IMG/VR virus record: IMGVR_UViG_3300035034_002688
Reading direction: 5' to 3' (one strand)
Source of the DNA: an uncultured virus (IMG/VR IMGVR_UViG_3300035034_002688)
Taxonomy: Duplodnaviria; Heunggongvirae; Uroviricota; Caudoviricetes
DNA length: 64,000 bases
How positions within the stretch are numbered: position 1 is the first letter of the stretch; each line of letters opens with the position of its first letter. A model generated the notes under the pieces. It saw nothing but the letters and a program-made list of their open reading frames with translations, was not told where the DNA came from and did no database searches. Position numbers and translations under genes: made by a program. This document shows, in pieces, positions 46,949 through 57,007 of this stretch.

Positions 46949-47334
46949 TCTTCTTCGTCTCTGTTGTAGACTTCGTGGTACCACTCCTCAATGTCGAGGC
47001 TGAGCTTGGTCTGTCGGTAATACTCGAATTTACCTCGGGTTTCGGTCTCAAGCCATCCGCACATGCCGAGCAGGTCGCAGATATTTGTCAGCTCCTTGGA
47101 GAGCTTTGACACGGGGCCTAACTCCTCAAAGGTAATCTGCGTCAGGATGTGCCCGTAGACCAAGTACATGTGCATCTCGGTATTACGGAGGCGGCGCAGG
47201 ATATACAGGGGGGTCCAGGTTATAGCAGCTATGCAGCACATCCCTGGAGTCCAGGTATGCCTCATGCTCGCTGATACGCGCTGATACGCGCTGATACTCT
47301 CTCTAGCTTCTTTTGGTTCATGCTGCACCTCCAA
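46945..47334 (-). CDS. Hypothetical protein (start uncertain)
   Basis: Coupled to the downstream gene; 5' part overlaps a 10-bp repeat and may be non-coding. Confidence 0.4.
   Translation of the reverse strand: MEVQHEPKEARESISAYQRVSASMRHTWTPGMCCIAAITWTPLYILRRLRNTEMHMYLVYGHILTQITFEELGPVSKLSKELTNICDLLGMCGWLETETRGKFEYYRQTKLSLDIEEWYHEVYNRDEEE
47269..47297. repeat. 10-bp tandem repeat CGCTGATACG, about 2.9 copies
   Basis: cgctgatacg cgctgatacg cgctgatac read directly. Confidence 0.8.
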
Positions 47335-47398
47335 GGTGTTTATACCTTATAGCCTCTTATTCGGTCAAGCCGCGATTCCTTCTATCAGCCGGGTGACT

Positions 47399-47986
47399 AT
47401 GCCTGTGACACCACTACAGCTCGTACCTGCGTTGACCTCTTCCCTGGCGAGCGTGGGGATTCAAGGGGTACGCGCGCCCGCGCTCGCGCAAGCTCTCTCC
47501 CAAGGTGTGATCGCCTCTCTGGCCGTCGCGCGGGTCGTGACGGCAGCAACAGGAGTCTCGGGAGTGGGCACCGGCAACGGCCGCATCTTGCTTGACCCCG
47601 TGTCGGGTATTGCCACCCTCGCAGCGACTCTCTCTGCCCGTGGACTCAATGGATACTTGACACCGGGATTGGCTCAAGGCATCATCACAGGTATTGCGCT
47701 CACGCTCAATACGCAGGCAACCGTGGCGACTGTAACGCCTGGAGTCGCCACGGGAGTGGGTGTGGGCAGTTTGCAAGGTCTCAACCCGGCTACAATGGCT
47801 CCGCTATTTTTGGCCGGGTTGGCCAGCACAGGAATCATTGGACCCCAAGCCTCCGCCCTTGCGTCTGCCCTGGGTGAAGGCCTGTCGGTTTGGATGTCAA
47901 CGGGCGTCGTCACTACCGTCATCACCGGGGTACCCAGCGTACCTCCTATCGCCCTCGTCCTCGCCGGGACGGGTCAAATCTTCTGA
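47399..47986 (+). CDS. Gly/Ala/Thr-rich putative virion protein with internal repeats
   Basis: Repeated L.S.GI.G..A..LA..L..G units; ATG 47399. Confidence 0.55.
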   Translation: MPVTPLQLVPALTSSLASVGIQGVRAPALAQALSQGVIASLAVARVVTAATGVSGVGTGNGRILLDPVSGIATLAATLSARGLNGYLTPGLAQGIITGIALTLNTQATVATVTPGVATGVGVGSLQGLNPATMAPLFLAGLASTGIIGPQASALASALGEGLSVWMSTGVVTTVITGVPSVPPIALVLAGTGQIF

Positions 47987-47994
47987 GGTACCAC

Positions 47995-48531
47995 ATGAGC
48001 GATTACACACTACCCCCTACCCATGACTTGAGGTACCCCTTCTTGCGTGAGGATAGTGGTGGGGACTACGCCAAGTACAACAACATCCCCTACATCTGGC
48101 CGTTTGGCGGGTATGAGCACTCGTACCCCTACGACACGATGCCCATGCCCCCCTCTACGGCCCCCCCGTTTACGCTCCCTCCCCAGAACATGGCGCCCCC
48201 GATCGTGTCCACCTCTCTCGTGGCGCATACGCTCTACGACCTCCGCATCGTGTGGCATGATGCGGAGAGCGCGTACCTGCAATGCGAGTACGCGATGGCC
48301 ATGCTTGGCGGTGACGATGTGCGACGCGTTCTGCTCGTGCCCATAGCCGAGGTAGGGCTTGTTGATGGGTCGCTAGCCGACCTTACCTTCAGGGCTCAAG
48401 ACCGTACGTACTGGTTCACGCGTCCCGAGGAGTCCTACCGATATCAGTATGAGATGGACCGTGAGGGTGGAGAGCCGATCAACCTCGCGTTGTTGCTGTA
48501 CTCGCTCCGAGACGCGTGGGCACAGCAGTGA
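47995..48531 (+). CDS. Hypothetical protein
   Basis: GAGG RBS, ATG 47995. Confidence 0.55.
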   Translation: MSDYTLPPTHDLRYPFLREDSGGDYAKYNNIPYIWPFGGYEHSYPYDTMPMPPSTAPPFTLPPQNMAPPIVSTSLVAHTLYDLRIVWHDAESAYLQCEYAMAMLGGDDVRRVLLVPIAEVGLVDGSLADLTFRAQDRTYWFTRPEESYRYQYEMDREGGEPINLALLLYSLRDAWAQQ

Positions 48532-49019
48532 CCGACATGACGCTCGAAGAATTCTTCGCACTCGAAGAGCACGAGGAGTCCTTGAGACCTCCCCTTCGGC
48601 TTGGCATCGTGGGCTCACGAGACTGGCCCGAAGAGCGCAAGGAGTTCTTCGTGCGCGAGGTCCTGGCGATGCTCAAGCTCCACCCGAGCATCAACACGAT
48701 CGTCTCGGGAGGGCAGGCCAAGGGCGTGGACGGCTGGGCAATGCGCATCGCGCGCCACTTTGGCATGAAGCCGGTTGAGCATCTCCCCGCACACTACCTC
48801 CCCAAAAACGACCCTCGGTATCTCCCTTATTCTCCTGGCCACTACCACGCGCGCAACGAGAAGATCGCACAGGACAGCGACCTCATCCTCGCGTTCCGAC
48901 ACAAGATGTCAGGAGGCACATCCTCGACGATTCGATACGCTCAGAAGCTCTTGCCTCCTGAGCGTGTGATCATCCATGACTGGCCCCTTCGGGCCGCCAC
49001 AACGGAGCCTATCAAATGA
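48528..49019 (+). CDS. SLOG-superfamily (YspA/DUF2493-like) protein
   Basis: LGIVGSRDW...IVSGGQAKGVD...HARNEKIAQDSDLILAF...SGGTSSTI. Confidence 0.8.
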   Translation: MTDMTLEEFFALEEHEESLRPPLRLGIVGSRDWPEERKEFFVREVLAMLKLHPSINTIVSGGQAKGVDGWAMRIARHFGMKPVEHLPAHYLPKNDPRYLPYSPGHYHARNEKIAQDSDLILAFRHKMSGGTSSTIRYAQKLLPPERVIIHDWPLRAATTEPIK

Positions 49020-49336
49020 GCCTCAAGAACATCACCACCGAGACTCACGACCAGCACGTCTTCTCGGACGACCTCAAGCGCGTTGTCGTCCTGGACTTCT
49101 ACGCCGACTGGTGCGGCCCCTGTAAGGGGATCATGCCTCAGGTCGAGAAGATGGCACAGGACCGCAACGCCTCCTTCTTCAAGGTCGACACGGACAAGGA
49201 GAACGAGTTGGCCTCGGAGTACGGCATCAAGAGCCTCCCCACGTTCATCGTGATCCAGGGTGGGGAGGTGGTCGAGTATTGCATCGGCGCCAACCTCGAC
49301 AAGCTCAACGAGGTCCTTGACGGCCTGGGTGCTTGA
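49016..49336 (+). CDS. trxA: Thioredoxin
   Basis: DFYADWCGPCK active site; FKVDTD; YGIKSLPT. Confidence 0.95.
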   Translation: MSLKNITTETHDQHVFSDDLKRVVVLDFYADWCGPCKGIMPQVEKMAQDRNASFFKVDTDKENELASEYGIKSLPTFIVIQGGEVVEYCIGANLDKLNEVLDGLGA

Positions 49337-49337
49337 C

Positions 49338-49799
49338 ATGTGGGTTCCCCTGTCCTTTGGCTTCGTGTTGGGTGCGGTGTTTGCCCTGCTCTGCGTTTGG
49401 TCTCGCTATGGCGAACAGCTCCAGGCTGCAACGGCTACCCTGTTGGATAGTAGACAGAGGCGACAGTTACTGTTGGAGTGGGGGCAACTTGAAGTAGGTG
49501 ACCGGTTCAAGTCCAAAGCGACGTGGCACGAGATCGACCAGATTAAGGTCCGTGAGCGTACCCAGCGTTACGCTGCGCCTCAAGACGATGAGGTCTTCGT
49601 CTTGACCACCCAGGGGGAGATGATGCAGCATACCCTCGACAAAGTGTTTGTGGTACAGAGGATTGTGGACCAGCCCATTCAAGGGGCGCTGTCCCATCCT
49701 GAGACGCCTCTGGCGCTCTCGCATGAGGACCTCTTTGATAGTGACGCGGAACGTGAGGACCTCACCTCACGCGAGGCGGAGCATGACATCTGGAAATAG
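49338..49799 (+). CDS. Hypothetical protein with N-terminal membrane anchor
   Basis: MWVPLSFGFVLGAVFALLCVW; starts just after the thioredoxin stop. Confidence 0.6.
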   Translation: MWVPLSFGFVLGAVFALLCVWSRYGEQLQAATATLLDSRQRRQLLLEWGQLEVGDRFKSKATWHEIDQIKVRERTQRYAAPQDDEVFVLTTQGEMMQHTLDKVFVVQRIVDQPIQGALSHPETPLALSHEDLFDSDAEREDLTSREAEHDIWK

Positions 49800-49801
49800 A
49801 C

Positions 49802-52800
49802 ATGACAGGCGACTTCAACGGCTGGGTGCTTCGTAAGCCACGGGTAGCAGCTTCCAACGCCAACACCACCGCTGAACCTGATGTCGTCGTGCGCGAGCAG
49901 GATGAGGCCGCGTATCGCGCCTCCTACCTCGACAACGTGAGCGCTACGGGGTCGGAGTACCTCGTCCGTACTGCACAGACCGGTGACCTCGTGGTCCCCT
50001 CGTCGATCACCGAGATTGCGAGCCCCTTTGATGGCTCCTTGCCGACCGCGCTCGTCTTCACGTTCAACACGCAGGGTCGCGCCGTCGCTGCGCCCGTGCT
50101 CCCCGCAGATGTGACGCCCCTTCCGGACAGCGTGGACACGTCTGCCGGCCTGATCACCTATCTGGTCGCCCCTGGTGTGGCACCCACCGTCACCTTTGTA
50201 CCTGCACCCCTGTCTGTCGAGTACACCCGCAACGACTCGGGGCGTACGCGCTTTGGATACGATGCGCGCGTGTCCCGTTGGGAGACCCTCCCCGGAGGCT
50301 CACCCGAGTCCCTCGGTCTGGTGCCTGAAACCGGCCTCCTCACGCTCCCTCTCGTTGAAGCTGATGCAGCGGGCGCGCCGGCCCCTCCTCGCGTCCTGCT
50401 TGGCAATCCGGACCGTCTGTTGGGGACCCTCGTGGACGTCACACAGCTCCTGGGTGAAGACGCGTTCGCGGATTACCGTGATGGCATCCTTGACCCTGCG
50501 TCTGGAGAAGGGGCGCTGAACGTGGAGACGGGGGAGCTTCGACTCGCCCCGTCCTTGACGGTAGGATTCGAGGCTCAGGAGGCCTTCTTTACCCGGCGCA
50601 ACTTCTTCGCCTTTGATGCGTCAACGGGACGCGTCGGGATCATCGGAGAGGACCTCCTCTTGAACCCGTTGCCCCTGGTCGGAGAGGAGCCCCTGCTTCG
50701 CGTAGGGTACGGCTCGTATCTAAACGCGTCCGTAGGGGCGGGCTCTCCGGTGGGCAGCGAGCAGGCACGTGTTGATCCGCTCACGGGTCGAGTCAACTTG
50801 AGCGCGGCTCTTGAGGCTCAATCAGAGGGCTTAGCTCTCTACTACGATGGGGTTCTTACGGGGACCGCGACGCCTCAGGCTCCTACAGTGCTCGGAGACC
50901 TCCTCTCCAACCAATCGGGCCTCTCCAATGTGGACCTCCTGGAGTACGAGCCGGAGGCGCTGGTGCTCTATATCGAACAGACCGGGGAGGCGGTGCGCGA
51001 GCTGGAGTTCGTGGCCGACCCGTCGGACTTCACTGAGGCGCGCAACCTCCCTCCCACGAAGGCGCAGGTCGCCCGGTCAGATGGGTCCGTTCGCTTGAGC
51101 CAGCGTTTCGTTTCGGCCAACCTCTCGCGTGATCTTGTGGCGGGCTCCACGGACCTCACGCTCGAACGTGGGCTGACGTTTCGGATGGGCCGATCACCCC
51201 TTGACCCAACCAACGCAGCCGGGCTCCCGGACGGCCAAGGCGTCTTGCGCCTGGAAGATGAGCTGCTGGGCCCCGTTCGCAGTGGGCCTTCCGCGTTCCT
51301 GACTCAGGTGCCCCTGGTCGACGTCGCAGGTTATGCGGCAGACACCTTTTACCGTCTGGGGAGCGGGGCCCAACGGCGCGTACTCGTCCCGGATGAGGAG
51401 GTGATCTATGATTTTGATACCCGTCAGCTCCTGTGGGCCCAGCGTCGTACCACCTCACAGACGATCTCTCAGCGCACGTTCTCCGTACGCGTCCCGGATC
51501 AGGTCCTGCTCAACCGTAACTACAGCTTCGAGCTGAACCGGGGCAGCGGCTTTGAGGCCCTGGAGGATGGCGTCAACGCCTCCGTGGACTTCGACATTGG
51601 GGAGATCCGCTTCACCCAGACGCAGGGTGAGGTTCTGATTGAAGACGTCGCGACCGTGGCGGGACAGGAGTTCACGTTCTTGACCGAGGACCTCTCCGGG
51701 GTCGTCATTTCGCTGGTGGACCTTGACCGGCCCCTGCTTCGTACAGGCCTGAACGCCTACACGATCACGGGCATCGCGGGTAGCGTGGTGACCGTGGAGG
51801 GGGACGTCCAGGAGAGCGGCTCCGTCGCTGTCGAGATCATCTCCGCGCCCGAGCCCGTGTACGCGTACGCGCTCGCGCAGGTGAACCTCAACCCGGACAT
51901 CGTGGCGGCGTTCCTGGTCCGCGAGGTGGACAGCTCCGGGACCGTCTACGCTCCGGGGACCACAGGAGAGGTCTATGCGGTCTCGGGCGGAGTCCGTCGT
52001 GATGTCGTACGGCTCGCCTCAACCGTTCTCGGAGAGGCACAGGATGCCTTGACGCTTCCTGCGTTTGCACAGGGGGCCGAGGCTGTCTTTGAGATCTACC
52101 TTGGGAGTGATCTCCTGGTAGAGGTCGGCGGGACGCCCAACCAGGGTGAGTACCGCATCATGGGCGTGGACTTGGTGCTCTCCTCGGCGGACGTGCTGGC
52201 CAACCCCAAAGAGCTGGTTACGCTGGACCCGAGCCTGAGCACGGCGCGCGCGACCGGGGACGTGGAGCTGCTGGTCGCTACCCGCGAGCTGGGGTTCCCT
52301 CTTGACCTCGCAGTCGTAGACCTCTACGTACAGGTCGAGGCGCGTATCCAGGACCGCCTCCTCTACTTCTCCCAGCCTTTCGCTGCGGGAGATCGCCTGA
52401 GGGCGCGCTACCGTACCGCTGATGAGGTTGAGGTGGAGGAAGAGGTAGGCTTTCGCGTCGTGGAGGATGCCGTGATCGTGAGCGCGACCGAGGCGACCTA
52501 CGGGGCTGGACGCCTCCTCGACCCGAACCGCGCTCCTATCATACTCGTCAATGGAGCACGCACAGACCTCCCGGTAGATCCGGTGGCGGGCACCATCAAC
52601 ACCAGCTCGGTTCGTACGGGGCGCACGATCAGCGTGAGCTACGCCGCACTCGATGCCAAGGGTGGGGAACAGACCGCGAGCCTTCTCCAGACGCCCGTGT
52701 CTCCTGATGTGGTGTTCGCTCCTGGGACCAGCCAGACCTTGCGCGGTGATCAGACCGACGACCTCTTCCTGGGTGCGTTTGTCCAGGCGGGCTCAACGAG

Positions 52801-55800
52801 CTTCACCGTGGCGAGCGTGCCGACCTATGATGGAACGCAAACCACCTTCGAGGTCGAGCCTTCGCTCCCTCAAGAGGTACGCAATCCGATCACTCTTGTC
52901 AGCGGGACGGTGTTTGACTTCGAGGTACTCCCCACGCTTGCCTTTGATGCCCCCGTGCAGGGCTCGACAACCTTGCGCGTCTTCTCAGACGTGACAGGCC
53001 TCCTCAAGGCGCAGCGGGTGCTCGTGCTCGACTCGGACGCTTACTACGTCACCGACGTCACCTTCGACGGTGGCCAGACTGTCCTCTCCTTGGCGAGCCC
53101 GCTCGCGCGCGCATACAGCTCTCCCCTGGCGTCTCAGTCCGTGTTTACGGTGTATGGCCCCGGTGCTCAGGTCCTGTTGACCGAGAAGACGGGACTCGAC
53201 GGAGGCCTCGTTGAGGTGATCCGCCGCGCCGCAAATGGAGACCTTACGGTAGTAGATCCCTCGACCTACCTGTTTGAGCCTGCGGGTCGTCTCACTCTGG
53301 ACCCTACCCTGACGGCTCCGCTGTCTCGGGGAGAGGTGGTCTTCTTGCGGTACACCGCGCTCGATCCGGTAGGCCCCACGACTCTTGGGGGACAGCTCTT
53401 CTTGCCTCGCTTCCGTGGGACCTACACGCAACGGGTCAACGCCTCCGAGACCAATGGCTACCTGGGGTCGAACCTGTACGTGAGCGCGACCTTGCGCGCG
53501 CCTGACACCTTCTACTTTCGCGTCCTCCCTCTCGCGGAATGGTCCGAGGAGGTCGCTCAAGGCTTGACGACCTCTTCAGGCACGGGCCCCGTGGTCTCTT
53601 CGTTCGCGACGACGCCCCTGTCAGATCAAGGTATCCAGACCCTGGTTGGGGAAGGGGGAGACCTCTACGATACCGACCGCGCCGCGCGTCGCTACCTTTC
53701 GTTCTACAATGACCTCGTGACCGCCTTCGAGAACGTCCAGGAGGTCCTGGATGGTCGAGTGATCGGAGACCGTGACGGCAAGTTCCGCTTCACCGTCCGT
53801 GCAGACTCGACCCCTGGAGGTGAGGACCCGATCACGGGACGCCTGCTTCCCTACTACATCAACCCGGCCAACCCTGGAGTGCGTCCGACGAGCGTTCAGA
53901 TCGGGGACACGGGAGACCTGACCTTGCAGACCGGGCTCGTCCAGAACAACCTCGACGACATCCTGCTCACCTCCAAGCGCCCCTTCTCCCTGAACATCCT
54001 CGGGTTCACGATCGACTACACAGGCACGTTCAAGCGTGCCTGGGAGCCCTCACGCCTCTCGCGTCTCTACCCCGAAGAGTCCACGGTCCAGACGATCACG
54101 GTGCCCCCTCTTGGCGGAGGCGGCAGCTACACGTTTGGAGACGATGGCGGGCAGATCCTGGCAGACTCGGGCGTCACGGGGGTCCTGGCGATCAAGGGTA
54201 TCCGTCCGCGCGGGTCCGCCGCCACGGTTACGAAGGTGACGCCCGGAGATCCGCTCGTGCTGTCTTGCGCGCAGACCTATGACCCGATCACAGGCGACCT
54301 CTCCAACGCTCCCTATGACCTCACCACAGGTGACCCCTCGCGCGCGCGCCCGCCGTTTGAAGTAGGTAGCCGGGTCGACATAGGCCGGGTCGTCTTTAGC
54401 CGAAACGGTGAGGATGTCACGAGGACCGAGGTGCTCGTGGCTCGGGACTTGGTGGTCGACTCGGTGACCGCTTCAACTCTTGAGCTGGTCGAGGGTGCAG
54501 GCACGGCAATCGGTTCGGTAAATACACGAGCGGGAGATACGGTGTACGAGGCTACGCCTCTGGACCTCCCCGGAGTCGCAGACTTGGCATCGCTCGACCC
54601 GGCCGACATGCCCTTCTACCGCAACCCACTGGACGTGACCCTGGACGGAGCGACTGGAGAAGTCATTAACCCGACCCTACCCGGATTCTTTGCGACCTTG
54701 CTCGGTCAGAAGGTGCCTCCTCCCGGCACTCTGCTCGATCTGACCGTGAGCTACCAGAATACGAACACGTCTCCTCGTCGTCCTCCCGCTCTTGATGGAG
54801 GTGCGGCCAATGACGATGGGGACCTCAGCGTCCCGTTCGTCTCTCCAATGCCGGACTCGGAGCTGTCTCGTCTGCCTGCCGAGCTGGCTGCGATCACGAC
54901 GCTACTCTCCAACACGGAGCCCGGCGTCTACGTGTCCGCGGCGACGCGTCTCTCGGCCACGACCCTCTCGACGTCTCTGGACCTCACTGGCCTTGGAGTG
55001 GGAGTCCAGGGGTTCACCCTCCTTGAAGGTTCTCCTGTGGTCTACTCCTCTTCGGAGGTGCCGGGACCCAACGTCTTGACCCTGGCAGCGTTTGAGTATG
55101 AGGACCTGACGGCTCCCTTTGAGGTGCCTGACCTCTTCGCGGGTTCTGGTACCGTAGCGGGCGCGGTCCTTACCGACGCGGGCACGGACTTCACCGCGTT
55201 CTCGGGAGCGACGATCACCCTCAATATTGACGGCGGAGCCTCTTACCCGGTGAGCGTGCTCTCCAACGGGTCTCTTACGGCTACGGGCGTGATCGCGGAG
55301 ACGGGCGCGCAAAGCTACACGTTGAGTGCGAGCGGGGTAGGCTCCATCTCCACGGACTTGACCACTCTGGAGGCTCCTGGAGTTGACTTCACCTCGGCGT
55401 CCGGGCCCTTCACCGTCGCACGTCCGTTCAATGGCGGCCTCTCTCCCATCACCTTCCTCGTGGGAGAGGGCTCAGACGGATCTCTCGTGCCAGACCTCAT
55501 CCCTTCAGGCTTCAACGGACCGTTGGCAGTGGGTCCACTGGTGCCGGTAGCCTCAGGGACCGCTCAGGTGTCTGTCACAAACGTGCTCAGTACCCTGGAC
55601 TCCCTGGCATCTGTGGCTCCAGGAGACACGCTCATCATTGCCTCTTCGTCTCCCAACGCTGGCCGCTACCGGGTGGGTGCAGTAGGCGCGACGACGTTGA
55701 CCCTGGATGTGGGAGCGGACGCGAGCATCTGGAACACCTTCTTCTGGGACAATGAGGGCGGAGGCATCACTTACCCTGTGGACTACACGGTCGTGCGTCC

Positions 55801-56635
55801 TCGCCGCTACAGCGTGGAGATGGAAGACTACCGCGAGGAGCTGGCACGTCAGCGGGTGATCTATGAGGACAACGCCAACGCGCCGGCTGACATCATTGGC
55901 TTCCTCACGGCGACGTCTTCCAACCCCGCCACGCCCTTGAAAGAGCGGCTGGACGCTCTTGACGCCCTCCTGTTGCCGGCTCCTTTCCTTACGCTTACCG
56001 GCGTGGCGGAGACGGGCGCGCAGACCTTGACCGGTGGCGTGGACTTCGTGGTGGAGGGGGTGGAGACGGGAGACCTCGTGCGCGTGGACGCGGGTATCAA
56101 TCGAGGCTTCTACTTCGTCACTGGAGTCTCCAGCGCAGCGATCACCCTGGACGGCTCGAACCCTTACGTCACCTACACGCTGAGCAACGACGGCGCTACG
56201 GACTACACGGTCACCAAGGCGGAGGGGTTCCAGGACCTCACGTACCAGCTCGTGCTCTCGGAGATCTACGGACTTGACCAACGCATCGAGCGTCTGGACG
56301 CGGGTATCCGAGGGGTCGACACGGACACGGACGACCTTCTGGGAGTGCTTCCGTACGGTAGCCTGACAGGAGACTACACCGACGACACCCTCACGGCCCA
56401 CCAGACGCAAGCTCAGGCGAGGTTGGACCGTCTACAGGTGGTTCCCACGCTTGCTCAGGACATCGAAGGCATCTTGAAGGGGTCTGAGGCCCTGTATGAT
56501 ACGCGGTATGCCTGGGTAGACTATCGCGCGAACCTTGAAACAGGTACCCTGCCAAGAATCCGTCGATACCTTGCTACGGTAGACAAAGAGAAGGAGCGAC
56601 GCTTGAGGGAACTCACTCGCGCCGGTTCAACTTGA
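49802..56635 (+). CDS. Very large virion structural protein, probably baseplate wedge-like (2277 aa)
   Basis: Uninterrupted 6.8-kb ORF; beta-rich acidic composition; within the baseplate region. Confidence 0.65.
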   Translation: MTGDFNGWVLRKPRVAASNANTTAEPDVVVREQDEAAYRASYLDNVSATGSEYLVRTAQTGDLVVPSSITEIASPFDGSLPTALVFTFNTQGRAVAAPVLPADVTPLPDSVDTSAGLITYLVAPGVAPTVTFVPAPLSVEYTRNDSGRTRFGYDARVSRWETLPGGSPESLGLVPETGLLTLPLVEADAAGAPAPPRVLLGNPDRLLGTLVDVTQLLGEDAFADYRDGILDPASGEGALNVETGELRLAPSLTVGFEAQEAFFTRRNFFAFDASTGRVGIIGEDLLLNPLPLVGEEPLLRVGYGSYLNASVGAGSPVGSEQARVDPLTGRVNLSAALEAQSEGLALYYDGVLTGTATPQAPTVLGDLLSNQSGLSNVDLLEYEPEALVLYIEQTGEAVRELEFVADPSDFTEARNLPPTKAQVARSDGSVRLSQRFVSANLSRDLVAGSTDLTLERGLTFRMGRSPLDPTNAAGLPDGQGVLRLEDELLGPVRSGPSAFLTQVPLVDVAGYAADTFYRLGSGAQRRVLVPDEEVIYDFDTRQLLWAQRRTTSQTISQRTFSVRVPDQVLLNRNYSFELNRGSGFEALEDGVNASVDFDIGEIRFTQTQGEVLIEDVATVAGQEFTFLTEDLSGVVISLVDLDRPLLRTGLNAYTITGIAGSVVTVEGDVQESGSVAVEIISAPEPVYAYALAQVNLNPDIVAAFLVREVDSSGTVYAPGTTGEVYAVSGGVRRDVVRLASTVLGEAQDALTLPAFAQGAEAVFEIYLGSDLLVEVGGTPNQGEYRIMGVDLVLSSADVLANPKELVTLDPSLSTARATGDVELLVATRELGFPLDLAVVDLYVQVEARIQDRLLYFSQPFAAGDRLRARYRTADEVEVEEEVGFRVVEDAVIVSATEATYGAGRLLDPNRAPIILVNGARTDLPVDPVAGTINTSSVRTGRTISVSYAALDAKGGEQTASLLQTPVSPDVVFAPGTSQTLRGDQTDDLFLGAFVQAGSTSFTVASVPTYDGTQTTFEVEPSLPQEVRNPITLVSGTVFDFEVLPTLAFDAPVQGSTTLRVFSDVTGLLKAQRVLVLDSDAYYVTDVTFDGGQTVLSLASPLARAYSSPLASQSVFTVYGPGAQVLLTEKTGLDGGLVEVIRRAANGDLTVVDPSTYLFEPAGRLTLDPTLTAPLSRGEVVFLRYTALDPVGPTTLGGQLFLPRFRGTYTQRVNASETNGYLGSNLYVSATLRAPDTFYFRVLPLAEWSEEVAQGLTTSSGTGPVVSSFATTPLSDQGIQTLVGEGGDLYDTDRAARRYLSFYNDLVTAFENVQEVLDGRVIGDRDGKFRFTVRADSTPGGEDPITGRLLPYYINPANPGVRPTSVQIGDTGDLTLQTGLVQNNLDDILLTSKRPFSLNILGFTIDYTGTFKRAWEPSRLSRLYPEESTVQTITVPPLGGGGSYTFGDDGGQILADSGVTGVLAIKGIRPRGSAATVTKVTPGDPLVLSCAQTYDPITGDLSNAPYDLTTGDPSRARPPFEVGSRVDIGRVVFSRNGEDVTRTEVLVARDLVVDSVTASTLELVEGAGTAIGSVNTRAGDTVYEATPLDLPGVADLASLDPADMPFYRNPLDVTLDGATGEVINPTLPGFFATLLGQKVPPPGTLLDLTVSYQNTNTSPRRPPALDGGAANDDGDLSVPFVSPMPDSELSRLPAELAAITTLLSNTEPGVYVSAATRLSATTLSTSLDLTGLGVGVQGFTLLEGSPVVYSSSEVPGPNVLTLAAFEYEDLTAPFEVPDLFAGSGTVAGAVLTDAGTDFTAFSGATITLNIDGGASYPVSVLSNGSLTATGVIAETGAQSYTLSASGVGSISTDLTTLEAPGVDFTSASGPFTVARPFNGGLSPITFLVGEGSDGSLVPDLIPSGFNGPLAVGPLVPVASGTAQVSVTNVLSTLDSLASVAPGDTLIIASSSPNAGRYRVGAVGATTLTLDVGADASIWNTFFWDNEGGGITYPVDYTVVRPRRYSVEMEDYREELARQRVIYEDNANAPADIIGFLTATSSNPATPLKERLDALDALLLPAPFLTLTGVAETGAQTLTGGVDFVVEGVETGDLVRVDAGINRGFYFVTGVSSAAITLDGSNPYVTYTLSNDGATDYTVTKAEGFQDLTYQLVLSEIYGLDQRIERLDAGIRGVDTDTDDLLGVLPYGSLTGDYTDDTLTAHQTQAQARLDRLQVVPTLAQDIEGILKGSEALYDTRYAWVDYRANLETGTLPRIRRYLATVDKEKERRLRELTRAGST

Positions 56636-56652
56636 ATCCAAAGGTAGTTCTG

Positions 56653-56832
56653 ATGGAAGATAGGCGCACCTGGGTAAGCCAGGACATCAAGCGATCACAG
56701 ACCCTACGTGATCGCCTCAAGGAGATCCGGGAAGGCCTCTCGGATCTCAGGGACCAGCTAAGGCGAACACCTGATGATCGACATGACACTGGAGATGGGG
56801 CCGACGCCTCTACGGCAAGACCCCTGGAATGA
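56653..56832 (+). CDS. Small coiled-coil protein
   Basis: LRDRLKEIREGLSDLRDQL heptads; overlaps the next ORF. Confidence 0.35.
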   Translation: MEDRRTWVSQDIKRSQTLRDRLKEIREGLSDLRDQLRRTPDDRHDTGDGADASTARPLE

Positions 56833-57007
56833 TTATTACGAGCGCCTCGGTGAGCTGGCCTGCAAGCTCGACCTGGACGAAGATGAGGAGGGGGAGTACC
56901 GCACCCTCTCAGCGCTTCTGAAGGTACACATGGAGCTGATGGCCGAGAGCGCGGTCCCGGAGACTGGATCAGTCGAAGCCCTGAAGGGCCGGTACGGAGT
57001 GTCTTGA
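56774..57007 (+). CDS. Small acidic hypothetical protein
   Basis: Stop abuts the start of 57008..59239. Confidence 0.5.
   Translation: MIDMTLEMGPTPLRQDPWNDYYERLGELACKLDLDEDEEGEYRTLSALLKVHMELMAESAVPETGSVEALKGRYGVS

Noticed and set aside
20833..47352. Candidate late-promoter motif AT..(N)..TTATA near 20835, 23717 and 47341
   Set aside because: Too few and too variable to define by eye; needs motif discovery.
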